Shown piece by piece: positions 39,883-50,500 of a DNA stretch of 64,000 bases; positions within the stretch are counted from its first letter, which is position 1, and each line of letters begins with the position of its first letter. The stretch is taken from positions 51,391 to 115,390 of IMG/VR virus record IMGVR_UViG_3300025789_000024, one strand, 5' to 3'. The DNA is from a virus. The notes beneath the pieces were generated by a model. That model worked only from the letters and a program-made list of their open reading frames with translations, was not told where the DNA came from and did no database searches. Both the position numbers and the translations under genes were made by a program.

Positions 39883-42195
39883 TTGGATTTCAATTTACGT
39901 AGTTTGGCTGTAGACGAATTAAAGCCAAAAGAAAAACCAACCGAAGACATAGCAGACGCACGCCATCGTAGCATGATGGAAGCTATTGCTCCCTATGCCA
40001 AAACTGTAGTAGTAAATCAAAAGAATCTTACTCCTGTTTATGTAGATTACAAAACACGTAATACAAAACTAGTATTAGTATTGTGTCCCGAATGGAGTCC
40101 TTATATGCCTCCGTTTAGTCTTGCTAGATTGTCAGGAGTCGCTAAGTCATCAGGTTATGAAACACATATCATGGACTTGAATGTCAAAGCATATAATACA
40201 TATCGTGATGATTGGCAACCTAACAAGAAGTTACCATTTAGACTTTGGGATCCTGCAAGTTCATGGCACTGGTTAGGTGACACATACATGAATGACATTC
40301 ATCCTGTACTAGAACCTATTCTTAGTGAAGCAGTAGATAAGATTATTGAAATGAACCCAAGTGTTGTTGGATTCAGTATCTATTACATTAGTGAAGAGCC
40401 TAGCAAATGGATGTGCCAAGAAATTAAACGTAGAGCACCTCATATTAAGATTGCAGTTGGTGGGCCTAATGTACACAAGAGTTGGTTCAAGATTGAAGAC
40501 TATTATGACTATGTTATTGTTGGCGAAGGAGAACAAAATCTATTAGTCATGCTAGATGAAATTGAAGCAGGTGAAGATCATAGTGGTGCGGCACGTATAT
40601 TAACACAGCCAGAAGATCAACGTATCAATATCAATGGCTTGCCTATGCCAGACTATGAGAGTATTGACTTTAGTTTGTATGAAGTGCCTAACGGCGTCAA
40701 CAGCGAAATCAGTCGTGGCTGTACTGCTAAGTGCACATTCTGTGAGGAAACACATTTTTGGAAGTATCGTCAACGCCAAAGTGTTGACTTGATTGATGAA
40801 GTAGAATGGTTATACTACAACAAGGGCACTGATATCATTTGGTTTATTGATAGTCTTATCAATGGTAATATTAAAGAACTACGTGCGTTTGCATTGGGAC
40901 TTAAAGCCAAAGACTTGAAAGTACGTTGGACTGGTTATGCACGTTGTGATGGTCGCATGACATTAGAATACTTGCAAGACTTAGCAGACGGTGGTTGCAT
41001 TATGTTTAACTTTGGTTGTGAATCAGGATCACAAAAGGTGTTAGACGATATGCACAAGGGTGTGACCATTCAAGAAATGGAACAAAACTTTATTGACTGC
41101 AAGAAAGTAGGCATTTGGGCTGCAACTAATTGGATCGTTGGATTCCCCACTGAAGAGTACCAAGACTATAGCGATACAATGACATTCATGTGGCGTATGC
41201 GTAACAACAATATCAATAACATGGGTCTTGGTGTAGGATATGGCTTAGGTCCCGAAACTATTGTAGGACAGAATCCACATGCATACAATGTGTCTTGGCA
41301 CAAATATCAAGGTCATTGGATCAGTAATGATTTGCGTATGGGTGGCACACATGTTATGACACGTGTTAAGTGTATTCACATTTGGCTAGATATGTTTAAT
41401 GGGGTCACTGAAGTTCCTGTGACATATCCTGTACGTCATGCACTTGCTCAACGTCATTATACAATCAAATTAAACAATCCTGCAAAACAAAAAGAAATGC
41501 ACTATGAAGAATTTGATTATAACATCATTCCAGAAGTAGATCCTAACAATCCTTTTGCTAATTCACTAGTAAATGAAATGTGGCCTTTCTTTAGAAATCT
41601 ATGGCGCGCCCGTGGTGGTTATGAAGCAGAGATATTGTTTCACCCTGAACTAGATATCAAAGAGTTTGGTCAACAGTTTGGTCCCGAAATGTATTATGCA
41701 AAATACAAGTTCAAAATTAGTGATGAAGGAGTTTGGGAAGCAGACTTTGACATTAAGTTTGAACAAATTGATAATCCTTGGGATGATCGTGAACCTCCAC
41801 CGAAGGGTCGTAAGGGTCCTTTCTACGCACAAGATTATTCACGCTTGCAAAGTAATACAGTTAAACGAGCAAGAAAGTTAGCGAAAGCAACTTGGAGTGA
41901 AGAAGAAGGCCGCAGTGGACAAGACTTTACTGACTTGTTAAATGAAGAAGAAGTTCTTAACAAAACAATTGATTTTAGTTTTGAATTGAAATGGCAAGGC
42001 ACAGGTGATTGGAGTAATTACCTAGACTATGTAGTCACACTAGAAGAAAAAGAAAAGAAACGTGATAACAGCAAAGACTTGTCTATGCCTGAAAAAGAAA
42101 CTGATGAAGGACAAACAATTAAATCAGTTGTTCCGGCTGCTACAAACATTTCTTTAGATAGTATTAAACGAAGACCTAAACACTTGCTGCCATGA
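39883..42195 (+). CDS. Cobalamin (B12)-binding radical SAM protein (770 aa, TTG start)
   Basis: PPFSLARL...VVGFSIY...VGGP...GEGE; EISRGCTAKCTFCEE; GCESGSQKVL; WIVGFPTE; long C-terminal extension. Confidence 0.9.
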   Translation: MDFNLRSLAVDELKPKEKPTEDIADARHRSMMEAIAPYAKTVVVNQKNLTPVYVDYKTRNTKLVLVLCPEWSPYMPPFSLARLSGVAKSSGYETHIMDLNVKAYNTYRDDWQPNKKLPFRLWDPASSWHWLGDTYMNDIHPVLEPILSEAVDKIIEMNPSVVGFSIYYISEEPSKWMCQEIKRRAPHIKIAVGGPNVHKSWFKIEDYYDYVIVGEGEQNLLVMLDEIEAGEDHSGAARILTQPEDQRININGLPMPDYESIDFSLYEVPNGVNSEISRGCTAKCTFCEETHFWKYRQRQSVDLIDEVEWLYYNKGTDIIWFIDSLINGNIKELRAFALGLKAKDLKVRWTGYARCDGRMTLEYLQDLADGGCIMFNFGCESGSQKVLDDMHKGVTIQEMEQNFIDCKKVGIWAATNWIVGFPTEEYQDYSDTMTFMWRMRNNNINNMGLGVGYGLGPETIVGQNPHAYNVSWHKYQGHWISNDLRMGGTHVMTRVKCIHIWLDMFNGVTEVPVTYPVRHALAQRHYTIKLNNPAKQKEMHYEEFDYNIIPEVDPNNPFANSLVNEMWPFFRNLWRARGGYEAEILFHPELDIKEFGQQFGPEMYYAKYKFKISDEGVWEADFDIKFEQIDNPWDDREPPPKGRKGPFYAQDYSRLQSNTVKRARKLAKATWSEEEGRSGQDFTDLLNEEEVLNKTIDFSFELKWQGTGDWSNYLDYVVTLEEKEKKRDNSKDLSMPEKETDEGQTIKSVVPAATNISLDSIKRRPKHLLP

Positions 42196-42770
42196 TAGAA
42201 CAATTTGAAAAACAAATTGCTCAATTTTACAATGCACCCTATGCTATAGCAGTTGATTGCTGTACACATGCAATTGAATTGTGTTTGCGTTTAACAAAGC
42301 CGTTATCTGTTACTTGCCCTAATCATACTTATCCTAGTATTCCTATGACTTTTGAAAAGCTAGGGCTTGCATGGACGTTCCTTGACACATATTGGAAAGA
42401 TTATTATTATATAGGTAACACTAATATCATTGACGCCGCAGTCTATTGGAAACAAGACAGTTATATTCCAAATACAAAGATGTGTTTGAGTTTTCAACAT
42501 AAAAAGCATTTGAATGTTGGTCGAGGTGGTATGATATTACTTGATAACCATGAAGACTATCAAATATTAAAGAAAATGCGATATGATGGTAGACTAGACA
42601 ATGTGCCTTGGAAAGAACAAAACATAGACATATTTGGATATCATTACTACATGACTATAGAAACAGCAGAATTGGGACTACAACGATTTGAAACTGCTAA
42701 AATTACACAACCTAAACAATGGTCTTGGAAAGATTATCCAAACTTAGCTAACATGAAAGTTTTCCAATAG
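42192..42770 (+). CDS. Short DegT/DnrJ/EryC1/StrS-like PLP-dependent aminotransferase (192 aa)
   Basis: FEKQIAQF...AIAVDCCTHAIELCL; IIDAA; SFQHKKHL.VGRGGMIL (PLP lysine region); GYHYYMT. About half the usual length. Confidence 0.75.
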   Translation: MIEQFEKQIAQFYNAPYAIAVDCCTHAIELCLRLTKPLSVTCPNHTYPSIPMTFEKLGLAWTFLDTYWKDYYYIGNTNIIDAAVYWKQDSYIPNTKMCLSFQHKKHLNVGRGGMILLDNHEDYQILKKMRYDGRLDNVPWKEQNIDIFGYHYYMTIETAELGLQRFETAKITQPKQWSWKDYPNLANMKVFQ

Positions 42771-42793
42771 TTCCCTTATAGTTAAATAATACT

Positions 42794-44518
42794 ATGAGTA
42801 ATAGTGACATACAATTTGGTCATTTGGATATCTGTTGGAACGATGATTACAAAAGATTCCCTTATGTTCGCCAAAACCTTGCTGAAGAAGAAGTCAATAA
42901 GTGGAAAGCCAATGGGTATGACCATGTAAAAAGTTTTACTGGGATGCTATATGACAGCACCAATACTATGCCAGATTGGGTCAATCATATACGAGATGCA
43001 TTTGGCTTGTATAAACAAACTCACACTATCTATAAAATGCAAACGTTGGAAATTATGCCAACTCATGTAGATTATTTTAAACGATATGCAGAATTAAAAA
43101 AGGTAGATGTTAAAGATGTTTGGCGTGTGGTTATGATGCTAGAAGATTGGAAGCCAGGTCATTATTTTGAATTGAATGGTGTGGGCTATACTAATTGGAA
43201 GGCAGGAGATTGGTTTAAATGGCGTTATGATGTTCCTCACGCAGCAGCAAACATTGGTATAGAAGATAGATATACACTACAAGTAACAGGCGTGTCTATG
43301 CACGTAGGACAATTAAACAAGTTGCTTTGTTTTAATGTACCTGGTGTAGAAGATGCAGACAATTCACATCCTAATGTAAGACATTTAATATTACCAAACA
43401 TTGACGAGAATAAACCGTCAATGGTTTACACTAACAATAGTTTTATACGTGAATTAGATAGTATCAATCATACTAATCAATCTGAGATTGAGTTACTAAA
43501 CGAAAAAGGATTAGACATTTATTTGTACGAACCTATTTGTAGTTATGATTGTACCAATCCAGTACACACTCAAGAATTTTATTCAGAGTTTAGTAACATT
43601 GATCCAATGAGTTTACGAGCAGAAGAGTTAGACAGTATCAATGACTATGCAAAACGTAATGGGATAACTAACATTACTGTACATTCGTGTGACTATAACA
43701 TTGATAAGTTTTATCCTGCATATAATTTTAAACTAACATGCAATGATATCTTTTTAAAAAGTCAAACAAACATTCTTAATTTAGACGAGACAATTAACTT
43801 TGACTTCACCAAGAAATTCATTTGTTTGAATTGGAGATTTACTAAGCATCGTCAATTGGTGTCAACCTTCTTAGCAGGCAAAGATGGTTATTTAAGTTGC
43901 TATTTCAAAACTGATTTTGAAACATTGAAAAAAGGATTGTTCTTTAATTTAGATGATTGGAAAAATTCTGGGTTGTATGATAAAATGCAAATAGGTGCAG
44001 AGATACTTAATACTCAAGGCCCCTTTTATGTTGATAAGAAGCCTACTGATATAGTAACTATTACTGATACTAGCAAACCTGATCTTACATGGCCTTTAGT
44101 TAGTGAAATTAAACCTAGTGAAACCCCATCACTACATAATTTCTCAAACAATCCATTGCAAGAATTTTACAGAGATATCTTTTTTGACATTGTTAATGAA
44201 ACAAGATTTGCACAACCTACAGGAAATTTCAGTGAGAAAGTATTTCAAAACTTTCAATATAAAAAGCCTTTTGTGTTAGTCGCACCACCTAAGACATTAG
44301 AATATATTAAGTCATTTGGTTACAAGTCATTTAATGATTTTTGGGATGAGAGTTATGACGATGAATGGGACCATGGTGTCCGCTTAGAAAAAATATTAAA
44401 TGTGATAGACAGTATACTAATGAAACCAATTGAAGAATTACGTGAGATTTATAAAGACATGCTTCCTATACTAGAACATAACTTTCAAATCTACAACCAA
44501 CGAGCAGGAATAAAATAA
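42794..44518 (+). CDS. Fusion of an N-terminal 2OG-Fe(II)/cupin oxygenase-like domain and a C-terminal 'TEK'-motif putative glycosyltransferase
   Basis: HxD (PTHVD) ... PHAAANIG..DRYTLQVTG in the first ~170 aa; C-terminal DIVNET...SEKVF...KKPFVLV...GYKSFNDFWDESYD. TTAAATA at 42782-42788 precedes the ATG. Confidence 0.6.
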   Translation: MSNSDIQFGHLDICWNDDYKRFPYVRQNLAEEEVNKWKANGYDHVKSFTGMLYDSTNTMPDWVNHIRDAFGLYKQTHTIYKMQTLEIMPTHVDYFKRYAELKKVDVKDVWRVVMMLEDWKPGHYFELNGVGYTNWKAGDWFKWRYDVPHAAANIGIEDRYTLQVTGVSMHVGQLNKLLCFNVPGVEDADNSHPNVRHLILPNIDENKPSMVYTNNSFIRELDSINHTNQSEIELLNEKGLDIYLYEPICSYDCTNPVHTQEFYSEFSNIDPMSLRAEELDSINDYAKRNGITNITVHSCDYNIDKFYPAYNFKLTCNDIFLKSQTNILNLDETINFDFTKKFICLNWRFTKHRQLVSTFLAGKDGYLSCYFKTDFETLKKGLFFNLDDWKNSGLYDKMQIGAEILNTQGPFYVDKKPTDIVTITDTSKPDLTWPLVSEIKPSETPSLHNFSNNPLQEFYRDIFFDIVNETRFAQPTGNFSEKVFQNFQYKKPFVLVAPPKTLEYIKSFGYKSFNDFWDESYDDEWDHGVRLEKILNVIDSILMKPIEELREIYKDMLPILEHNFQIYNQRAGIK

Positions 44519-45267
44519 TGGAAAAGATAATGTTAATTGCCGGGTGTAGTCATGCTGCCGGATCAGAAATAGACGGACAAGAAGACAGTGTTTACAACCG
44601 ACAACATAGTTTTGGTGCAATACTGGCTGACAGACTAGGATACAAGCCTGTTAATATCGCTACCAATGGCGCACCAAACAGTTGTATTGCTAGAAGTATA
44701 CTTAATTGGTTTGAACAATTCTATGATGAAGATACTATGGAAGTATTTGTACTAACATCATGGACAGAAAGTACTAGATTGGAAGTTCCTTCTAATAGAA
44801 ATTTCATTTACAATCAAAGTAGTAAAATTGCTGATTGGTTTGACAACACAGTCAATACATATTTCAGAATTACGTTTGGTTGGGATGGGGGTGATGCTGA
44901 AGAAAAAGAATTGTTCCCTAAATATCATCGTTTCATGGCTGAAAATGAACCACTAGTGGAAATGTGGAGTGTGAATTATGTATTGCAAATACAATACTTT
45001 TTACAATCTAAGAATGTAAAATACTTAATGTGCAATGCCATGTACATGTTTAACAAATATGCAAAGCACGTTAATCAATTATCTAAATTAATTGATAAGA
45101 AAAACTTTTATAAACTAGGTGCAACTAAAGATGAAGCATTCTTTTGGAAGTACAAGAATTTAGGTTACACTAATCCTAAGGCTAAATACTGGCATCACGA
45201 TGAAATCCCTCATCAACTCTATGCAGAAGAGTTATATAATTTTTTAAAGGAAAATAACAATGTTTAA
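44518..45267 (+). CDS. SGNH/GDSL hydrolase-like protein
   Basis: IAGCSHAAG; NIATNGAPN; SWTESTR; WHHDEIPHQLYAE. Confidence 0.6.
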   Translation: MEKIMLIAGCSHAAGSEIDGQEDSVYNRQHSFGAILADRLGYKPVNIATNGAPNSCIARSILNWFEQFYDEDTMEVFVLTSWTESTRLEVPSNRNFIYNQSSKIADWFDNTVNTYFRITFGWDGGDAEEKELFPKYHRFMAENEPLVEMWSVNYVLQIQYFLQSKNVKYLMCNAMYMFNKYAKHVNQLSKLIDKKNFYKLGATKDEAFFWKYKNLGYTNPKAKYWHHDEIPHQLYAEELYNFLKENNNV

Positions 45268-45364
45268 TTGGGTAAAAAGAATTTACAATAAAATCAAACG
45301 TGAGATACAATATAGAAAACGTATCAAAGAATTACGCAAGCGTGATCCATTCATTTACAAGTGA
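45260..45364 (+). CDS. Small basic 34-aa peptide upstream of the carbamoyltransferase (not in ORF track)
   Basis: AAGGA SD; manual translation MFNWVKRIYNKIKREIQYRKRIKELRKRDPFIYK*; fills the gap between the two flanking genes. Confidence 0.65.
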   Translation: MFNWVKRIYNKIKREIQYRKRIKELRKRDPFIYK

Positions 45365-45370
45365 GATACA

Positions 45371-46855
45371 ATGCAATATTTAGGAATTAGTTGCGGCTTC
45401 CATGACGCAGCCGTAACTGTTATCGATTCTAGAGGTAACATACAATTTGCTGGGCACAGTGAAAGATATAGCAAAAATAAACATGATGCTAATCTTTGTC
45501 ACGGCTTATTAAACGATGCACAGCAATATATTGATGGTGCATATGAAGTTCATTACTATGAAAAGCCATGGAAGAAAGCTATTCGTCAATTGAAGGCTGG
45601 ACAAAGTTTGGGCCCCTTTAGTATGAAGTCACTATTAGGTAAAGAAATACTTGATAAGTTATCAGATCGCAAAGGTAGTATCAAAACACATACCCATCAT
45701 TTGACACATGCGGCGGCAGGGTTTCAAACAAGTCCGTTCAATCACGCAACTGTTGTAGTTATTGACGCTATTGGTGAACTTGATACTATTAGCATCTGGG
45801 ATGCTACGTATGACAAAAACGGTATAGCAAAGTATTCAAAACTATGGGGTAAACAATATCCTAACAGTATTGGCTTGATGTACTCAGCAATGACAAAACG
45901 TGTAGGGTTGCGTCCATTAGATGAAGAATACATTCTCATGGGTATGGTTGCTTATGGTAAAGCATTGCATAGCGAAGAAATTAGTAGTGAGTTTTTAGCA
46001 GACAAAGATAACTTAGAGTTTGCACAAAACTTGCACACCGGAGTAAGAGAGAAATTTTTAGAGAATGCCAACGATATGGATATCGCCGCATCAACTCAAC
46101 TTCTTACTGAAGAACTAATTGATATTGTTATGCGTAAGGCTAGAACATTGGGATTTAGTAGTAATCTAGTCTATGGTGGAGGTGTAGCACTTAATTGCCT
46201 AGCAAACAGATTGTTAGGTAATCATTTCAATAAATTTTGGATTATGCCTAATCCAGGTGATGCTGGCAACAGTTTAGGCGCTGCCGCATTGGGTTATGGT
46301 AAAAAACTAAGATGGAAAAATGCATTTTTAGGGTATAATATTCCTAAATCATACCCCGTAACAGGCTTGTATAGAGAACTAAAACGTAGTAAAATAGCAG
46401 GTGTCGCTAGTGGTCGCGCAGAGTTTGGGCCACGTGCATTGGGTAATCGCAGTTTGTTAGCAGACCCAAGAGGCGATGAAATTAAGGATAAAGTTAATGA
46501 AATCAAACGTAGACAAAAATTCAGACCATTTGCCCCACTTATTTTGGAGGAGTTGGTTCATGATTACTTTGTTATGCCTAGTGGCTGGTGTGACAGTAGG
46601 TATATGCAAGTCATCGCTACTTGTAGGCATCCTGACTTATTTCCTGCTATCGTTCACGCTGACGGCACTAGTCGTGTCCAGACTGTACCCAAAGATGGTT
46701 CAGGAATTAGACAATTACTAGAATACTGGTACAAGCACACAGGTTGTCCTATGTTGCTTAACACAAGTTTGAACATTCGAGGTGAGCCTATGGTCAATGA
46801 TCGTAGTGATGCAGATAGATTTGAAAAATTATATGGAGTAAAAGTCATCTCATGA
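45371..46855 (+). CDS. Carbamoyltransferase (NodU/CmcH/TobZ family)
   Basis: GFHDAA; SERYS..KHD; HHLTHAA; DAIGE; GGVALNC; GDAGNSLGAA; EFGPRALGNRS; KRRQKFRPFAP; DGTSRVQTV; LLNTSLNIRGEPMV. Confidence 0.93.
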   Translation: MQYLGISCGFHDAAVTVIDSRGNIQFAGHSERYSKNKHDANLCHGLLNDAQQYIDGAYEVHYYEKPWKKAIRQLKAGQSLGPFSMKSLLGKEILDKLSDRKGSIKTHTHHLTHAAAGFQTSPFNHATVVVIDAIGELDTISIWDATYDKNGIAKYSKLWGKQYPNSIGLMYSAMTKRVGLRPLDEEYILMGMVAYGKALHSEEISSEFLADKDNLEFAQNLHTGVREKFLENANDMDIAASTQLLTEELIDIVMRKARTLGFSSNLVYGGGVALNCLANRLLGNHFNKFWIMPNPGDAGNSLGAAALGYGKKLRWKNAFLGYNIPKSYPVTGLYRELKRSKIAGVASGRAEFGPRALGNRSLLADPRGDEIKDKVNEIKRRQKFRPFAPLILEELVHDYFVMPSGWCDSRYMQVIATCRHPDLFPAIVHADGTSRVQTVPKDGSGIRQLLEYWYKHTGCPMLLNTSLNIRGEPMVNDRSDADRFEKLYGVKVIS

Positions 46856-47541
46856 TTAAACCCGGGGATAATGTAGTAATAGTAGGGGACAGTTGGGCAT
46901 GTGGTGAATGGGCTGCAATTTCAAAAACTGCCCCGCCCGACAAATATAATATGCTATTCCCTAATTATAGAATGATACATTCTGGTTTAACTTTATTTCT
47001 ACAAAATTTTGGATGTTCGGTAAATAACTTAGGCATACCTGGAGGTTCTAATATAGAATCACTAGATGCATTAACTAATTATTTGTCAGAAAAACGCCCT
47101 GATATAATATACTGGTTTCAAACTGATCCTGCAAGAGACTTTGACATTGATACATGGAAAAGTTTCAATTCACTATCAGAGTTTTCAGAACAAAAATTAA
47201 TTCGGTTAGCACATGCATATAAAGAATTTAATTCATTGGGTGTACCAATACAATGCATTGGTGGTCTTTATAAATTAAATACAGACTTGATGACACCTTA
47301 TACAAATTTAAAACCATTTATTGTAAGTGTAATCGAAATGTTTGAAGGCACACAACCTGAACATATAAACCCTGCATCGTTGGTTGAATTAGAATTATTA
47401 TCATATGAATTTATCGAAGAGTTATCAACTATTCCTCATATGCGAACTTTATTACCTAAACAATGGTTCTATCCTGACGGAGGTCACCCAAACAGATATG
47501 CACATAAAAAGATTTTTGAATACATTTTGAACTATAAGTAA
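46852..47541 (+). CDS. SGNH/GDSL hydrolase-like protein
   Basis: VGDSWACG; NLGIPGGSN; FQTDPAR; DGGHPN. Confidence 0.65.
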   Translation: MIKPGDNVVIVGDSWACGEWAAISKTAPPDKYNMLFPNYRMIHSGLTLFLQNFGCSVNNLGIPGGSNIESLDALTNYLSEKRPDIIYWFQTDPARDFDIDTWKSFNSLSEFSEQKLIRLAHAYKEFNSLGVPIQCIGGLYKLNTDLMTPYTNLKPFIVSVIEMFEGTQPEHINPASLVELELLSYEFIEELSTIPHMRTLLPKQWFYPDGGHPNRYAHKKIFEYILNYK

Positions 47542-47545
47542 TTGT

Positions 47546-50500
47546 ATGCTTAGAGATGTATTTTACTACGGAAATAAACCCAACGTTCACCCCAGAGAAA
47601 GATTTGCAGAATCATTAGAAGATGCTAGAGAAAAGTGTACAACCGAACACTTTTGGATCATCAATGAATTCTGTGACTACCGCGGCTTTGATTGGGATTT
47701 TGATTTTGAATTCTTGCCTGATGAAGATGTGTGGGCAGAATCTCACAATAACATTTGGCCCAGCCAACATCAGAAAGATAGCGGCACTTGGTTATGTTCT
47801 AAAGAATTTAGCGAAGTGTTAATCTATCGCGGTGATGTAGAACCTATTATTAGAAAAAATGAAAAGAACGATAATTGGGTACTATTAGATAGTATAGATG
47901 AGTTTAAGTTTGACTTTAGTTGGCATCCTGATCCAACCGATCCTGCTTATATCTATCGTTGGGGTTCAAAGTTTGCACCGGTACAACTAAAACCCGTGTT
48001 AGAGTATCATACTCACGGTGCAACAGAAGTCAGGTATATGAACACTACTGTTGAACTCAATGTTGATAAAGACAACTGGGTGTTTTATCAACAACCTGAT
48101 ACAGACAAGTTTGACTTTACTTGGAGACCTAGTCCATTAGACACCCCTTACATATATGTATGGGGAAATAAACACATCGATGGTATACTAAAACCAACTG
48201 CTGAATACCATGTACCCGGTGCAACTGATAAAAAGTACATGCCAGAAAAATTAGCAGTACTGCCTGAATGGGACAAGTGGGCGCTTTTAAAAGAAGTAGA
48301 TAAAACAAAATTTGATTTTACTTGGAGACCTGATCCACGTGAGCCGGCTTACATTTATACATGGGGTAATAAGTACGAACCTGCTGAAATAACACCTACA
48401 TTGCAGTATGTATGTGAAGGTGCTACAGAAATCAAATACATGGAGGATACAATAGATGTGTTACCACAATGGGATCGTTGGGTAGAAGTACAACAAGTAG
48501 ATAAAACAAAGTTTGATTTTACTTGGAGACCCGATCCACTCGAACCCCCTTACATTTATACTTGGGGTAATAAGTGGATCGAAGCTGAACTAAAGCCTAC
48601 ACTTGAATATCATTGCCCTGGCGCAACCGAACGCAAGTACATGACTAATGATGTGCCTGTAATGCCGGAAATGAATCGATGGAATATCATCGAGAACATT
48701 AGAAAAGATGGATTCGATTTTACTTGGAGACCTGATCCACGTGAACCTGATTTGATTTATGTATTTGGTAATGAATTATATGATGGTATAAAAATGCCTA
48801 CAGTTGAGTATCATTGTGATAACGCAACTGAACGCAAGTACATGGATAATTTAAAAGCAAAACTTGCTTCAAATGAAAAACTCTACGAACATTTAGAAGA
48901 TTCCGTATTAGATGATTATTCATGGTTGCCCGATCCTGATAGCCCACCTTACATTTATGTATGGGGCAATCAATGGAACAAACCCGAAGATAAAATTAGC
49001 GTACAATTAGTTGTACCCGGTGCGTCAGAATATAAATTCATGGATGCCCGTGCAATACGCAAGCCATGCATGGACAATTGGGTAATACCTAGTGATATAG
49101 ATACCACTGGCTTTGACTTTAGTTGGGAACCTAGTCCTGCTGACCCTGCATTTATCTATGAATTTGCAACACAATGGCAAAAGACAGGTGGACCTCGCTA
49201 TGTTGTAGAACATGCAACAGAAACAAAGTACATGGACTTCCAAAAGGCTAAAAAGTTAGTTGATATGACTAACTGGACTATTCCTAAGAACGTTGATGTT
49301 AGTGGCTTTGATTTTAGTTGGCATCCAGATGCAACAAGTCCTCCATACATTTATAACTTTGCAACTCAATGGGCATTAAGTGGTGGACCAACATATACTG
49401 TACCTGGTGCAACAGAACTAAAATATGTAGATGATCAAAAAGCAATAGCAACAGTTGATATGACCAACTGGGAGTTTGATAGTGTATTGATTGATGTTAA
49501 TTCATTTGACTTTAGTTGGCATCCATATGCAGAAGACGAACCCTACATATATCAGTTTGGTACTCAATGGCAAAAAACAGGCGGACCGAGATACATTACT
49601 CCTGGGGTACACAAGAACAGTCCTATAAGTTATGTAGACACACGTGTGTTAAAAGCAAAGCGTTTACCTAATCAAAAGAACTGGGACATACTTGATGATC
49701 TAGTTGTTATTGATTTTGATTATAGTTGGCATCCTGACGAAACTGAACAACCATTTGAATATCACTTTGGTAATAATTTGTATCCAGCAGAGATTATGCC
49801 TACTATGGTCTATCGTGTACCTAGCGCAAAACAAGTAAAGTATGTAAGCGATATTATTGCTACACTGGGTCCAGATAGAAGTAATTGGAATATACCTTCT
49901 GACATTGATGATACTGGGTTTGATTATAGTTGGAAGCCTAATCCAAAAGATCCGCCATATATCTATGAGTTTGCTACCCAATGGCAAAAGACAGGTGGAC
50001 CAAAGTATATTGTAGAAGATGCAACAGAAACAAAATACATTGACACACACAAAGTCAAACACTTATCCAATAAAGAAAATTGGACTGTTCCTACTAACAT
50101 CGATGTTTCAGGGTTTGACTTTAGTTGGCATCCAGATGCAACAAGTCCTCCTTATATCTATAACTTTGCAACTCAGTGGGCGTTGAGTGGTGGACCTGTA
50201 TATACTGTAGCAGGTGCAACAGAAGTCAAGTATATGGAAGATCAAACAGCTAAAGCATTACCTGATATGACCAACTGGGTTATACCTGATGATGTTGATA
50301 AAAACGCATTTGATTATTCATGGCATCCTTATGTAGAAGATCAACCTTACATTTATGTATTTGGTACACAATGGCAAAAGACCGGTGGACCTAAATATAT
50401 GACGCCGGGCGTGCATAAAAACAGTCCCGTAAAATATATTGACACACGTATTTTAAAATCAACTAAATTGCCTTCAAAAAAGAATTGGGATATACCTGAT

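Noticed and set aside
25313-45364. RiPP biosynthetic cluster
   Set aside because: There is no transporter, leader peptidase or convincing precursor, and the neighbouring enzymes are NDP-sugar related. It is not fully excluded for the 34-aa and 86-aa ORFs.
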